From Cloacimonetes bacterium UBA4175 (GTDB lineage Bacteria > Cloacimonadota > Cloacimonadia > Cloacimonadales > Cloacimonadaceae), in contig DFUX01000036.1 in assembly GCA_002379855.1 (NCBI GenBank), positions 4,327 through 68,326 of the forward strand: a stretch of 64,000 nt of DNA, given 5' to 3'. This document shows, piece by piece, positions 1-9,770 of the stretch. The notes below the pieces were generated by a model that saw only the letters and a list, made by a program, of their open reading frames with translations, was not told the DNA's origin and searched no databases. Position 1 is the first letter of the stretch. Every line of letters begins with the position of its first letter. A program made the position numbers and the translations under genes.

Positions 1-109
1 CAAAGACCAGCGCGGGCAGCAAGGCGATGACCACGTTCCACATCACGTTGGGGATGCTGGTGCGGTCATGCAGGTGTGGGGCTGGAGAGACGATGAATTT
101 ATCTTTCAT
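1..109 (-). CDS. rnfD: Rnf electron transport complex subunit D, N-terminal part (runs off window)
   Basis: Manual translation MKDKFIVSPAPHLHDRTSIPNVMWNVVIALLPALVF matches the RnfD N-terminus; directly downstream of rnfC with AGGA RBS. Confidence 0.9.
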   Translation of the reverse strand, partial: MKDKFIVSPAPHLHDRTSIPNVMWNVVIALLPALVF

Positions 110-119
110 GATGTTGTCC

Positions 120-1442
120 TTATTTATTGCTGGCCCGTTGTTCGGCGATGCGCAGCTTGCCGGTGTCGATCCACTGGACAATACGAATGTGCGCCGGGCA
201 CACATAGGCGCAACTGCCGCACTTCATGCAGTCGTCCAAACCGGCTTGCACAGCCAGGTCCAGATTGTTGCCCTTGACCGCCTGCGCGATCAAGCTGGGC
301 ATCAGGTTCATCGGGCAGACATCCACGCAGCGGGCGCAGCGCAGGCAATTGCGCTCTTTGATGCTACGGGCTTCCCTGGTGTTCAGCAACACAAGGCCGG
401 AACATCCCTTGGCTACCGGCGCGTCCAGCGAGGGAAGGGCGACGCCCATCATGGGGCCGCCGGAAATGATCTTGCCGATATCGCCCGTGATGCCGCCGCA
501 AAAGTTTACCAGTTCATAGAAAGGTGTGCCGATGCGCACTTTGAGGTTTTTGGGATTCTGCACGATGGAACCGGTGACCGTGGTTATCCGCTCTACCAGA
601 GGCTTCCTGAAACGGACGGCCTCATAGATGGCAGCCGCGGTGCCTACGTTTTCCACCACCGCGCCCACAGCCATGGGCAGACCGCCTGCGGGCACCTTGC
701 GGCGGGTGATGGCATAGATCAGTTGCTTTTCCGCGCCCTGGGGATACTGCAATTTGAGGGGCGCCACGCTGATCTGGCTGTCATCCGCGGTGAGCTTTTG
801 CATCAGGGCGATCGCCTCGGGTTTGTTGGCTTCGATGCCGATTATTCCACGGGGCGCGTTCAGGATCTTGAGCAGGATCTTCAGCCCCGCGATGACGTCT
901 GACGCCCGTTCCAGCATCAGGCGGTAGTCCGCTGTCAGATAGGGTTCGCATTCCACCCCGTTAAGGATAACGGTGTCGATGGGTTTGTCTTCAGGAGGGG
1001 AAAGCTTTACAACGGAGGGAAACCCCGCTCCGCCCATGCCGCAGATTCCTGCCTCGGCAATCCTGCTTCTGATCTCCTGCGGGGAAAGCTCCAGATAGTT
1101 TGGATCGTCAGCCAGCTCCACCCAGTTGTCGGAACCGTCGGAGCTGATCTCGATGCCCAGTTGCGGTGTTCCGGAGGGATGGGGGAAAATGTCGATTTTG
1201 CTAACTTTGCCGCTGATCGAGGCATGCTGGGGGATGGATACAAATCCCGAGGCATCGGCGATCTTCTGCCCGGCCTTCACTTCATCACCCACCTTTACCA
1301 AAGGCGTTGATGGGGAGCCTATGTGTTGGGACAGAGAGATGATAACCTTCTGGGGAAGGGGAAGTTCCTCTATTGGAACCGAGGCGGAGTAGTGCTTGTA
1401 ATCATGGGGATGCACACCCCCGGGAAACGTTTTTAGCCGCAT
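120..1442 (-). CDS. rnfC: Rnf electron transport complex subunit C (RsxC)
   Basis: FPGGVHP start, GMGGAGFP, ECEPYLTAD, GGPMMG, two CxxCxxCxxxCP motifs; ATG at 1442 with GGAG RBS (track starts at GTG 1448). Confidence 0.97.
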   Translation of the reverse strand: MRLKTFPGGVHPHDYKHYSASVPIEELPLPQKVIISLSQHIGSPSTPLVKVGDEVKAGQKIADASGFVSIPQHASISGKVSKIDIFPHPSGTPQLGIEISSDGSDNWVELADDPNYLELSPQEIRSRIAEAGICGMGGAGFPSVVKLSPPEDKPIDTVILNGVECEPYLTADYRLMLERASDVIAGLKILLKILNAPRGIIGIEANKPEAIALMQKLTADDSQISVAPLKLQYPQGAEKQLIYAITRRKVPAGGLPMAVGAVVENVGTAAAIYEAVRFRKPLVERITTVTGSIVQNPKNLKVRIGTPFYELVNFCGGITGDIGKIISGGPMMGVALPSLDAPVAKGCSGLVLLNTREARSIKERNCLRCARCVDVCPMNLMPSLIAQAVKGNNLDLAVQAGLDDCMKCGSCAYVCPAHIRIVQWIDTGKLRIAEQRASNK

Positions 1443-1490
1443 TGACACTCCAATGCTCTAAAAGAAGAGCTGAATAACTAAATTTACTCC

Positions 1491-1518
1491 AGAATATGGG
1501 AACGCCAAAATAAGGCAA
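1491..1518 (-). promoter_or_regulatory. Putative sigma70-type promoter of rnf operon
   Basis: TTGCCT-16 nt-TATTCT about 50 nt upstream of rnfC. Confidence 0.4.
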
Positions 1519-1800
1519 GTTTTTTTTGGCAGGCTTGTGTGAAATAATCCTACAACTAAGTCTAACAACTTGATAGAGAAGTTGATAGGAGATTCGTCCC
1601 GAATAAGGTTTCAGAATAATTGTGCTGGTTTGAGGTTTGGTTTCTGCTAAATATCCATACTCGTTTGTTATGTAAATCTGTGGAACCTTGTCCTGGCCTT
1701 GCTTTCAAGCACTCCGCTTGCTAAAGCATTCCAAATAATACTATCAAAACTTATCCGTCTCCCATGCGGCTATCGTTTTACCCCAGAAGCAGTTAGCCTA

Positions 1801-1847
1801 TCTTCCTTAGGTCATCCTTATAAAAGTTAAGGATGACCTAAGGAAGA
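1801..1847. repeat. Palindromic intergenic element core, copy 1 (perfect 20-bp inverted repeat, 7-nt loop)
   Basis: TCTTCCTTAGGTCATCCTTA-TAAAAGT-TAAGGATGACCTAAGGAAGA; related cores at 19847, 30364, 41815, 55325. Confidence 0.9.
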
Positions 1848-2117
1848 CCAAGGTTTGGCATCGAGGCGGAAAGCAGGGCGCGCCAGCTATCAATAAATCC
1901 ATAAAGAGGATAATAGACTGCCGTGCGCGGTTTGGATTGAACGCATTTGCCCTCGTATGTGGTTGTATCCAATTTTGTGGAACAGCTTGTAATGAACAAC
2001 CTGCTTTGCACTTGCAGGCATCGATGAACGAGCGGGGAGCCGTAAAACAATTTATCCTTTGACAAAATCGGGGCTGCCTCTTTTATACGTTTCAGAGAGT
2101 TTTGGGGAGAAGCTAAA

Positions 2118-5100
2118 ATGTCCTTTGTCCATTTACACAACCACACGCAATACAGTTTGCTGGACGGAGCCTGCAGGGTTGACCGGATGATCAAGCTTGC
2201 GGTCGAGTATGGTATGCCGGCCGTGGCGATCACCGATCATGGCAATATGTATGGCGCCATTGATTTTTACAAGGCGGCAAAAAAGGCCGGAATCAAGCCG
2301 ATCATCGGCACCGAAGCCTATATCATAAACGGAGATTTGAACAGCGAGCACAACAAAAGCGATAATCGCTACCACCTGGTGCTGCTGGCTCAGAACAATA
2401 CAGGTTACCACAATCTGATCAAGCTTTCCTCTATATCCTTTATAGATGGGTATTACTACAAACCGAGGATCAGCAAGGCTGTGCTGGCTCAATACAGCGA
2501 AGGCCTGATCTGCCTTTCCGCCTGCATCCAGGGAGAGGTAGCCTCGCTGTTGGCCAATCACAGGGAGCAGGAGGCCAGGGAGGCCGTGGCCTGGTATAAA
2601 GATCTATTTGGAGACCGCTATTACATCGAGATTCAGGATCATGGCATAGAACAGGAACGCGAGGTGATGCCCCTGCTGATCAAACTCGCCAAAGAGATGG
2701 ATGTGCCACTGGTGGTGACCAACGATTGCCACTACCTGCACCAGGAAGACTATGAAGCCCACGACATCCTGCTCTGCATCCAAACCGCCAAGGCTCTGAA
2801 CGATCCGACCCGCATGCGCTACAGCAGCAATCAGCTTCATTTTCGCAGCCCCGAGGAAATGCGGGCTCTCTTTCCCGAGCATGAGGATGCCTATAACAAT
2901 ACGCTGAAGATAGCCGAGAGCGTGGATCTGGAACTGAAATACGATAAGTTTTTGTTGCCGGAGATCGACATCCCGGAAGGGTATGCGGACATGGGCACTT
3001 ACCTGCGCCACCTGTGCGACGAAAACTGCAAGATAAAGTATCCGGAAATGACGGATGAGATTCGCTCCAGGATAGACTTTGAACTGGAAGTGATTCACCG
3101 CATGGGTTTCGACGGCTACTATCTGGTAGTGAAAGACCTGATCGACAACGCCCGCAAACAGGGTGTGCCGGTGGGTCCGGGGCGCGGTTCAGGAGCGGGC
3201 AGTATTGTGGCTTATCTGCTGGATATCACCAAGATAGATCCCATGCGCTACGGCCTGCTCTTTGAGCGTTTCCTCAATCCTGAGCGGATCAGCATGCCTG
3301 ATTTTGACATCGATTTCTGCGCCCAGAAAAGGGGGCAGGTGATCGATTATGTGGTGCAAAAATATGGCCGCAGCAGCGTTACGCAGATCATCACCTTTGG
3401 CACTTTGGGCGCCAGGTCGGTGATCAAGGACGTTGCCAGAGTGCTCATGGTGTCTGCCTCCGAGGCCAACAATATCACCAAGACCATCCCCTTCGGCAGG
3501 AGCTTGGAGGATGCCTATAAGGAATCAGCGGATTTCAGACATCTGATCGAAAGCAACGAACAGTATCAAAACATCTACAAACACAGCCTGGTGCTGGAGG
3601 GGCTGATCCGCCAAACAGGCATCCACGCAGCGGGGCTGGTGATCGTGCCTGGCGACCTGACCGATTACATCCCCCTCACACGTGGCAACCAAAAGGATGG
3701 CGAAGACAATATCCTGGTTCAATATGAAGGCAAGTGGCTGGATGAGCTGAAGTTTCTCAAGATGGATATTCTGGGACTGAAAACCCTTACCCTGATCCAA
3801 AAAACCGTCGATCTGGTGCAGCAGTCCCACGGTGTTACTGTGGATGTGGAGAATCTGGATCTGACGGATAAAAAAGTATTCAATATGCTTGGCAAAGGCG
3901 AAACGGACGGGGTGTTCCAGTTTGAATCTGACGGCATGCGCAAGTATCTGATCGATCTCAAACCCAACATGTTTGAAGACCTGATCGCCATGGTGGCGCT
4001 ATACAGGCCAGGCCCGATGAAGTTCATAGACAGCTTTATCGCCCGCAAGCACAAAAAGGAAAAGGTGGTCTATGACCATCCCATCATGGAGGCGGCGCTC
4101 CGGGATACCTATGGCGTGACGGTGTATCAGGAGCAGGTGATGCGCATCTCGATCGAGATTGCCGGTTTCACCCGCGGGGAAGCCGACAGCCTGCGCAAGG
4201 CAATGGGTAAGAAAAGCCTGGATCTTTTGCAGAAGTTCCGTCAGAAGTTCATGGAAGGCACGGCTGCCAGAGGTGTGTTAGCCAAAATCGCGGAAAAGAT
4301 TTGGCAGGATTGGGAGAAGTTCGCGGAATACGCCTTCAACAAGAGCCATGCCACCTGCTATGCCCTGGTTGCCTATCGCACAGCCTGGCTCAAAGCCCAC
4401 TATCCGGTGGAATTCATGGCAGCCCTGCTGTCTTTGGAAGATGATCCCGCCAAGATTCCCCAGATCATTGAGGTTTGCAAAAACATGGGCATCACGATCA
4501 TCGCCCCCAACGTCAACCGCAGCGACAGGGAGTTCACCGTGCATGGCAAAGAGGTGCAGTTTGGCCTGCGGGCGATCAAGAATCTGGGCGAGGCGGCCAT
4601 CTCCTGCATCGTGGAAGACCGGCACAAGAATGGACCTTATTCAAATATATTCAATTTCTGCTCACGCATGGACAGCAGCGCGGTGAACAAGACTGTGTTG
4701 GAAAGCCTCATCGCCTGCGGGGCAATGGATGAATTGGAAGGTACCCGGTCCCAGAAATGGGCGGTGATCGAACAGGCGTTGGCTTTCAGCAACGGCGAGC
4801 AACGGGATAAAAGGCTGGGGCAGACCTCGCTGTTCGACCTGATCATAGATGATCATGAGGCTGAGGAATACTATCCGCCCCTGCCTCTGGAACAGCCTTG
4901 GAAATATGGCTATCAGATGGCGAAGGAAAAAGATGTGCTTGGGTTTTACATGAGCGGGCATCCCTTGAATGAATACCTCAGCCTGGTCAAGTATTTTACC
5001 AATACCACCTCCCTCACAGGCAAAGGAAGGTCAGGCCAGGATCTCACCCTGGCTGGCATCATCAACCAGATCTCCCGTAAGAGGGACGCCAAAGGGAACC

Positions 5101-5564
5101 CCATCGCCTTCGTGGAGTTTGAGGATCTGAGCGGCAGGTTTGAAGTGGCGCTGTTCAACAAGGATTACGAGTCTTTCCTGCCACTTTTATCTCCAGGCAT
5201 GATCTATATTGTAATGGGTGTAAAATCCGGTTATGACCCCAATGAGGACAGCATTCTGCGCGTTATTCCGGATCAAATCATTCCAATCGAAGAACTGTCC
5301 CACAAAACAAAAGGCGAGTTGCAGCTCAGCCTCGATGCGGGCAAGCTGACCCCGCAATGGCTGGATGAGTTTTCACTCCAGATGGATAAATCCGGTGGGG
5401 GGTTCGTCCTGCTGACCACTCTCACAGACCCAAATGGCGACAAACACATCCTGGAATCCGCCCACAAACTCTTCCCTGGCAATCAGATGCTGCAATGGCT
5501 GGAAGAGCAGGGAACGGAGTTTCAGCTTAAGATCAGCACCGCTGGCAATGAGAATAACTCTTAG
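2118..5564 (+). CDS. dnaE: DNA polymerase III alpha subunit
   Basis: HLHNHTQYSLLDG PHP domain, GRGSGAGS, MPDFDIDF, EYAFNKSHA, C-terminal OB fold. Confidence 0.98.
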   Translation: MSFVHLHNHTQYSLLDGACRVDRMIKLAVEYGMPAVAITDHGNMYGAIDFYKAAKKAGIKPIIGTEAYIINGDLNSEHNKSDNRYHLVLLAQNNTGYHNLIKLSSISFIDGYYYKPRISKAVLAQYSEGLICLSACIQGEVASLLANHREQEAREAVAWYKDLFGDRYYIEIQDHGIEQEREVMPLLIKLAKEMDVPLVVTNDCHYLHQEDYEAHDILLCIQTAKALNDPTRMRYSSNQLHFRSPEEMRALFPEHEDAYNNTLKIAESVDLELKYDKFLLPEIDIPEGYADMGTYLRHLCDENCKIKYPEMTDEIRSRIDFELEVIHRMGFDGYYLVVKDLIDNARKQGVPVGPGRGSGAGSIVAYLLDITKIDPMRYGLLFERFLNPERISMPDFDIDFCAQKRGQVIDYVVQKYGRSSVTQIITFGTLGARSVIKDVARVLMVSASEANNITKTIPFGRSLEDAYKESADFRHLIESNEQYQNIYKHSLVLEGLIRQTGIHAAGLVIVPGDLTDYIPLTRGNQKDGEDNILVQYEGKWLDELKFLKMDILGLKTLTLIQKTVDLVQQSHGVTVDVENLDLTDKKVFNMLGKGETDGVFQFESDGMRKYLIDLKPNMFEDLIAMVALYRPGPMKFIDSFIARKHKKEKVVYDHPIMEAALRDTYGVTVYQEQVMRISIEIAGFTRGEADSLRKAMGKKSLDLLQKFRQKFMEGTAARGVLAKIAEKIWQDWEKFAEYAFNKSHATCYALVAYRTAWLKAHYPVEFMAALLSLEDDPAKIPQIIEVCKNMGITIIAPNVNRSDREFTVHGKEVQFGLRAIKNLGEAAISCIVEDRHKNGPYSNIFNFCSRMDSSAVNKTVLESLIACGAMDELEGTRSQKWAVIEQALAFSNGEQRDKRLGQTSLFDLIIDDHEAEEYYPPLPLEQPWKYGYQMAKEKDVLGFYMSGHPLNEYLSLVKYFTNTTSLTGKGRSGQDLTLAGIINQISRKRDAKGNPIAFVEFEDLSGRFEVALFNKDYESFLPLLSPGMIYIVMGVKSGYDPNEDSILRVIPDQIIPIEELSHKTKGELQLSLDAGKLTPQWLDEFSLQMDKSGGGFVLLTTLTDPNGDKHILESAHKLFPGNQMLQWLEEQGTEFQLKISTAGNENNS

Positions 5565-6663
5565 TCTCTTTCTGTTGCTAATTGTAGCCTGCACATCCCT
5601 GCAAGCGCAGGAAATCTTCTTCGAGTGCTATGGGGAGTCGGTGGAGTTTCTGGCCGTGATTCCCTACAACGACCTGATCTTTAAGGAAGGCAGGCAGGAA
5701 GCTGAATATCAGTTTTCTGTATCCATCAAGGACTCCAATGGGCGGCAAGCGGCTTCCCTTGAACGAACTCTGCTTATTCCTCGTAAAAGCTGGATGCAGG
5801 ACAATGCCATTCCCTTGTTCTTCCGGGAAAAGCTGTCTCCCGGCAAATACACTGCCCAGATCAGATTGCGGAATCTGGTGTTGGGAGGCAAAAACAGCTT
5901 GGAACGCAGCTTCTCGGTCGGTGCCTCTTCCACACAGATCGGGCAGGCGTTTCTGGTCTGCCAAAAAGAAAGCCTGGAGTTTATCCCAAGCGGAATGAAT
6001 GCCCTCGGGTTCCCTCTGGAAGCGTTCCGGATACGGCAATCCTATTCCCTGCCGGTGGACAGCCTGTTGATCCGCCTGGATGATGTGGCAACCGTCCGCT
6101 ATCCCGAGCACGGGAATCTGAACACAGACATTGTGAGCCTGGTAAACGATCTGCAGCCGGAGCATGTCTCTCTTACCCTATTTGAAGGGAACATCCGCTA
6201 TGATATGGAACCTTTTTTCTATAATAAATGGTTTAGCTACAATCAGCGCTATAGTTATAAAGACCAGATCGAACAGCTCCGCTATGTGGCGAATCAGAAT
6301 GAATGGCGCAGCCTGAGAGCTGTTCCCAAAGCTGATTATCAGGAAGCGATCGAAAGGTTTTGGCAGGTCCACGATCCCACCCCGGGCACCATTCGCAACG
6401 AAGCCAGGGAGAGATTTAACGAAAGGGTGATCACCGCGGATGAGCGTTACACTCTGCATAAAAGATTAAAGGGCTGGAAATCCGACCGGGGTAGAATATA
6501 CATCAAATATGGGGAACCAGACGAGATTGTGGCTGAGTCTCAGCCGCTGGATGAGGATCCCTACATCGTCTGGACCTACTTTAAGGAAAAGCTGGAATTT
6601 ATATTCACAGATACCGGCGGTTACGGACAATATAAGTTGAGGAACAAAGATGAAGAGTTATAA
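5548..6663 (+). CDS. Secreted GWxTD-domain protein
   Basis: Signal peptide MRITLSLFLLLIVAC; FWQVHDPTPGTIRNE and GWKSDRGRIYIKYGEPD; start moved to ATG 5548, overlapping the dnaE end. Confidence 0.85.
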   Translation: MRITLSLFLLLIVACTSLQAQEIFFECYGESVEFLAVIPYNDLIFKEGRQEAEYQFSVSIKDSNGRQAASLERTLLIPRKSWMQDNAIPLFFREKLSPGKYTAQIRLRNLVLGGKNSLERSFSVGASSTQIGQAFLVCQKESLEFIPSGMNALGFPLEAFRIRQSYSLPVDSLLIRLDDVATVRYPEHGNLNTDIVSLVNDLQPEHVSLTLFEGNIRYDMEPFFYNKWFSYNQRYSYKDQIEQLRYVANQNEWRSLRAVPKADYQEAIERFWQVHDPTPGTIRNEARERFNERVITADERYTLHKRLKGWKSDRGRIYIKYGEPDEIVAESQPLDEDPYIVWTYFKEKLEFIFTDTGGYGQYKLRNKDEEL

Positions 6664-7984
6664 GATTTTGCTGGCTTTGTTGCTATGCCTGTTGTCAGGC
6701 ACTCTTTTCGCTTCGGATTTTTTGAATGTTCACGTTGGTACCCAGAGGTTTTTGGACAAAAATCAGAACACTGTGATCCATATCGATTATCAGATTCCCT
6801 ACAACGGTCTGGTGTTTCAGGCCTTCAAGGGAGGATATTTTGCCCAGGTGGAGATGAAGGTGGAAGTGATGGAGGCTGACAGCCTGGTCTTTGAACAGGT
6901 GATCACGGACAATATCGGGATCACCAACAAAGACGATATCAACTCGTCCAAATCCTATCTAAATCGGGTCAGCTACCAGATCGACCGTCCTCATTATCAG
7001 TTTAAGCTCAGCGCCACCGATGTGTTGTCGCAAAAGCAATTTTTCTGGGGCTTTAGCGCGGAACAATTGCATCCACAGGTCAACCTCAGCGATCTGGAAC
7101 TCTGTTCTGAGGTGCGGCCGGACAGCAGTTCCTATCTGGAAAGATTCCATCGGGGAAAAACTCTCTACCGAACCCAACCATCGCATATCTTCGATAAAAA
7201 CGACCAGGAGTTTATGAACCTGTATTTTGAGGTTTACTCAACTGAGGAACAGCGAGCAGAGTCAAGCCTTCTGGTGCTGACAGTGGAGAAAGACAGTCTG
7301 ATCATATTTGACCAATACATTGATTTTATTCCCCTCAGGAGCCAGGAAGGCATCAGCCTGAAAATCCCGCTGCAAGAACTGAGCGTGGGCAAATATGTCG
7401 GCAGCCTCGATCTACAACTGGGTGAAAAGAATGAGCATCGCGAGTTTGAATTCTTCGTCACCGAACCAAAAGCCAGTCTCTTTTATCTATTCACCAATCC
7501 GGATGACGATCTGCGTCTGCTGAGGTATTTTGTAGGCTACAGCGAACCCGCCCAATGGAAAAGTTACGACGAACAAACCAAGCGCAGGTTCGTCAGCCAG
7601 CTGTGGAAAGACTGGTCACAATCAGGCACGATGAGTACCCAGGCGGCGATTGATATAGTGCGGGAAAGGGTGGATTACAGCAACCAGTACTTTAGTTTTT
7701 TCGACCAGGGCTGGACCACGGACATGGGCAGGATCCATATCCGCAATGGGAAACCTGATGAGATCGAAAAGGGTACTTCATCTGATGACACCCGCTATGT
7801 GCGCAAAGACTATCAGATCTGGAAATACAGCAGCAGAAATAAACCCGTGTATCTTTTTGTGGACATTCAAATGAACGGCAACTACCGCCTTATCTATGTG
7901 GACAATGATGACAGGGAAAGCTCGAATCCTGACTTTCTTAGATATTTGGGAAGCGATTTCGACACTTCATTGTTGAACAATTAA
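6650..7984 (+). CDS. Secreted GWxTD-domain protein
   Basis: Signal peptide; RVDYSNQYF...GWTTDMGRIHIRNGKPD motif. Confidence 0.87.
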   Translation: MKSYKILLALLLCLLSGTLFASDFLNVHVGTQRFLDKNQNTVIHIDYQIPYNGLVFQAFKGGYFAQVEMKVEVMEADSLVFEQVITDNIGITNKDDINSSKSYLNRVSYQIDRPHYQFKLSATDVLSQKQFFWGFSAEQLHPQVNLSDLELCSEVRPDSSSYLERFHRGKTLYRTQPSHIFDKNDQEFMNLYFEVYSTEEQRAESSLLVLTVEKDSLIIFDQYIDFIPLRSQEGISLKIPLQELSVGKYVGSLDLQLGEKNEHREFEFFVTEPKASLFYLFTNPDDDLRLLRYFVGYSEPAQWKSYDEQTKRRFVSQLWKDWSQSGTMSTQAAIDIVRERVDYSNQYFSFFDQGWTTDMGRIHIRNGKPDEIEKGTSSDDTRYVRKDYQIWKYSSRNKPVYLFVDIQMNGNYRLIYVDNDDRESSNPDFLRYLGSDFDTSLLNN

Positions 7985-8063
7985 GTTCATTGATCAGGAT
8001 TGCGTGTTCCACGGCTAAGCAATCAGGCTCTTTTCCAAGTTAAGTGGTTTTGTAAAGAGAGCC

Positions 8064-8444
8064 TCAAAAAACTGGCACAAAAGCATCCTGTAGATGCTCA
8101 ATCTTGTAACTGTCGGTTTCGGGGTAATAGAAGACCACAATTACGTCAAATCGTGTTTTCTGCTTGACATGATCTGGATTTTGTGTAATATATCTTTGTG
8201 CGGTGAGTGATATCCGTTTTCTCTTAGTGTAGGAGATACTCATTAGCGCGAGTTTCATAGAGTGCCTGGAGCGTGTTTTAACCTCGACAAAGACGAGATT
8301 GTCCTTATCTGAAGCGATGATGTCGATCTCACCAGCATCACTGCGGAAATTTTTACACAGTATGTTATAGCCCTGAGCTGCGAGGTATTTGGCAGCGAGG
8401 TCTTCGCCGATGTGAAAAAGCTCAACGGTTTTACGTTTTTCCAT
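8064..8444 (-). CDS. YraN/UPF0102 family PD-(D/E)XK-like protein
   Basis: GEDLAAKYL, NFRSDAGEIDII, FVEVKTR, RFDVI; start at MEKRK. Confidence 0.9.
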   Translation of the reverse strand: MEKRKTVELFHIGEDLAAKYLAAQGYNILCKNFRSDAGEIDIIASDKDNLVFVEVKTRSRHSMKLALMSISYTKRKRISLTAQRYITQNPDHVKQKTRFDVIVVFYYPETDSYKIEHLQDAFVPVF

Positions 8445-8528
8445 AAGTCGAAAAAACACTTGACGGAAATTCTGTCAATTATATTTATGGGTCATGATAA
8501 GAAAATACACCGTAAGGTGGAGGGAAGT

Positions 8529-9617
8529 ATGAAGAAACTAATAATTTGCCTTTATGTTCTGGCAGCTATGTTTAGCATGGCGCATGCCGCGCCTTTTCAG
8601 ACATTGGGAATGCTGCGTACGCCTGACGCATATGTGTTGCCCAACAAGTCAGCGGAATTGTTGCTGGTTGGATATTACAGAGACTTTAAGGAAGGATATG
8701 CCAACGATAAATACAGCGGCATCACTCCTTATGGCATGATTGGAGTGGGGATTCTGGACAGGATCGAGCTGGGATTCTTTGGTGGAGACGATGTCTATTT
8801 CATGAATGCCAAGATCAAGGTTTTGCAGGAAACCCCCAAGATTCCACAGTTGGCTGTGGGTATGGACAACATTTTCTCCCCTGTGAATCATCGCAGGGCT
8901 CAGGACTACAAGCCTGGCCTGCCGCCGGATCCAGATTGGGAATATGCCGACCATCCCGACAAAACTGACTATGAGTATTACTCTCCGTATGCAGTTATAT
9001 CCAAGCAAGCAGTGTTGGGCGGTCTTTCCTGGATGTTCAACCTGGGTTATGGAAGCAATCGCTACACTGGCCAGGTTCCACGTTCCCGCGTATTCAGCGG
9101 GGGATTTGCCTCGATAGAAGTGTCTCCCTTCAGGAATTTTGCCGTACAGAGCGAATATGATGGTAAAGACTTCAATGTTGGTATGAAATACTCGATCAAA
9201 AACTTTACCATCAAAGCAGCAGGGCAGTCGGTGGAAGACTTGGCAAAAAAATCCGAAGGAAACCAGTTGAACAAAAACGTCCGTGTGGCAATGGGGATAT
9301 CCTATCTTTTCGACAAATACGCGGAATCCCAACGCAGGCCTGACCTGAGCCGCTATGCCAAAACCACAGACTTGCAGGGGACCGGGATCACTCCCGAGAC
9401 CGAAGTGCCTGTGGGAGTTGGTTCCGAGGTCGCGATTGCAACCCCCGGCACCACGACGACACCTGAGATTGTAGGTTCAAGCGCGTACAAAGAACTTTCA
9501 CCTGAAGTAAAAGATTTGCTTGCAGAGCTTAGAAGTCTGCGTGAAGAAAGGCAGAAAGCCCAAAAGGCCTTGGAAGACCTTCGCAAGTGGCTGCAGGAAC
9601 TGCAAGAACAACAATAG
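8529..9617 (+). CDS. YjbH-like outer-membrane protein with C-terminal coiled coil
   Basis: Signal peptide MKKLIICLY; GMLRTPDA start motif, IPQLAVG, EYDGKDFNVG typical of YjbH-domain proteins. Confidence 0.65.
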   Translation: MKKLIICLYVLAAMFSMAHAAPFQTLGMLRTPDAYVLPNKSAELLLVGYYRDFKEGYANDKYSGITPYGMIGVGILDRIELGFFGGDDVYFMNAKIKVLQETPKIPQLAVGMDNIFSPVNHRRAQDYKPGLPPDPDWEYADHPDKTDYEYYSPYAVISKQAVLGGLSWMFNLGYGSNRYTGQVPRSRVFSGGFASIEVSPFRNFAVQSEYDGKDFNVGMKYSIKNFTIKAAGQSVEDLAKKSEGNQLNKNVRVAMGISYLFDKYAESQRRPDLSRYAKTTDLQGTGITPETEVPVGVGSEVAIATPGTTTTPEIVGSSAYKELSPEVKDLLAELRSLREERQKAQKALEDLRKWLQELQEQQ

Positions 9618-9684
9618 TTTAGCAAGTACTAGCGATGCCACGTGATGTGTAGATTATCGAATTCGTACTTCCTTTGAAGATAGA

Positions 9685-9720
9685 AATTCAGGATGTGGTG
9701 CAGGCGCCGCATCCTGAATT
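9685..9720 (+). terminator. 16-bp hairpin (terminator or mRNA-stabilising stem)
   Basis: AATTCAGGATGTGGTG-CAGG-CGCCGCATCCTGAATT, two G:U pairs on the + strand; no clear U tract. Confidence 0.45.
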
Positions 9721-9770
9721 CTACATTATCGTCAAGCAGTTTAGAGTAAGTATTTTAAGAGAGCGGGTAT

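Noticed and set aside
1535..1555. Rex operator upstream of rnfC (TGTGAAATAATCCTACAA)
   Set aside because: Half-site spacing and the right half do not fit TTGTGAA-N4-TTCACAA
2118..5564. Intein or split in DnaE
   Set aside because: Normal length and continuous motifs; no intein signature seen
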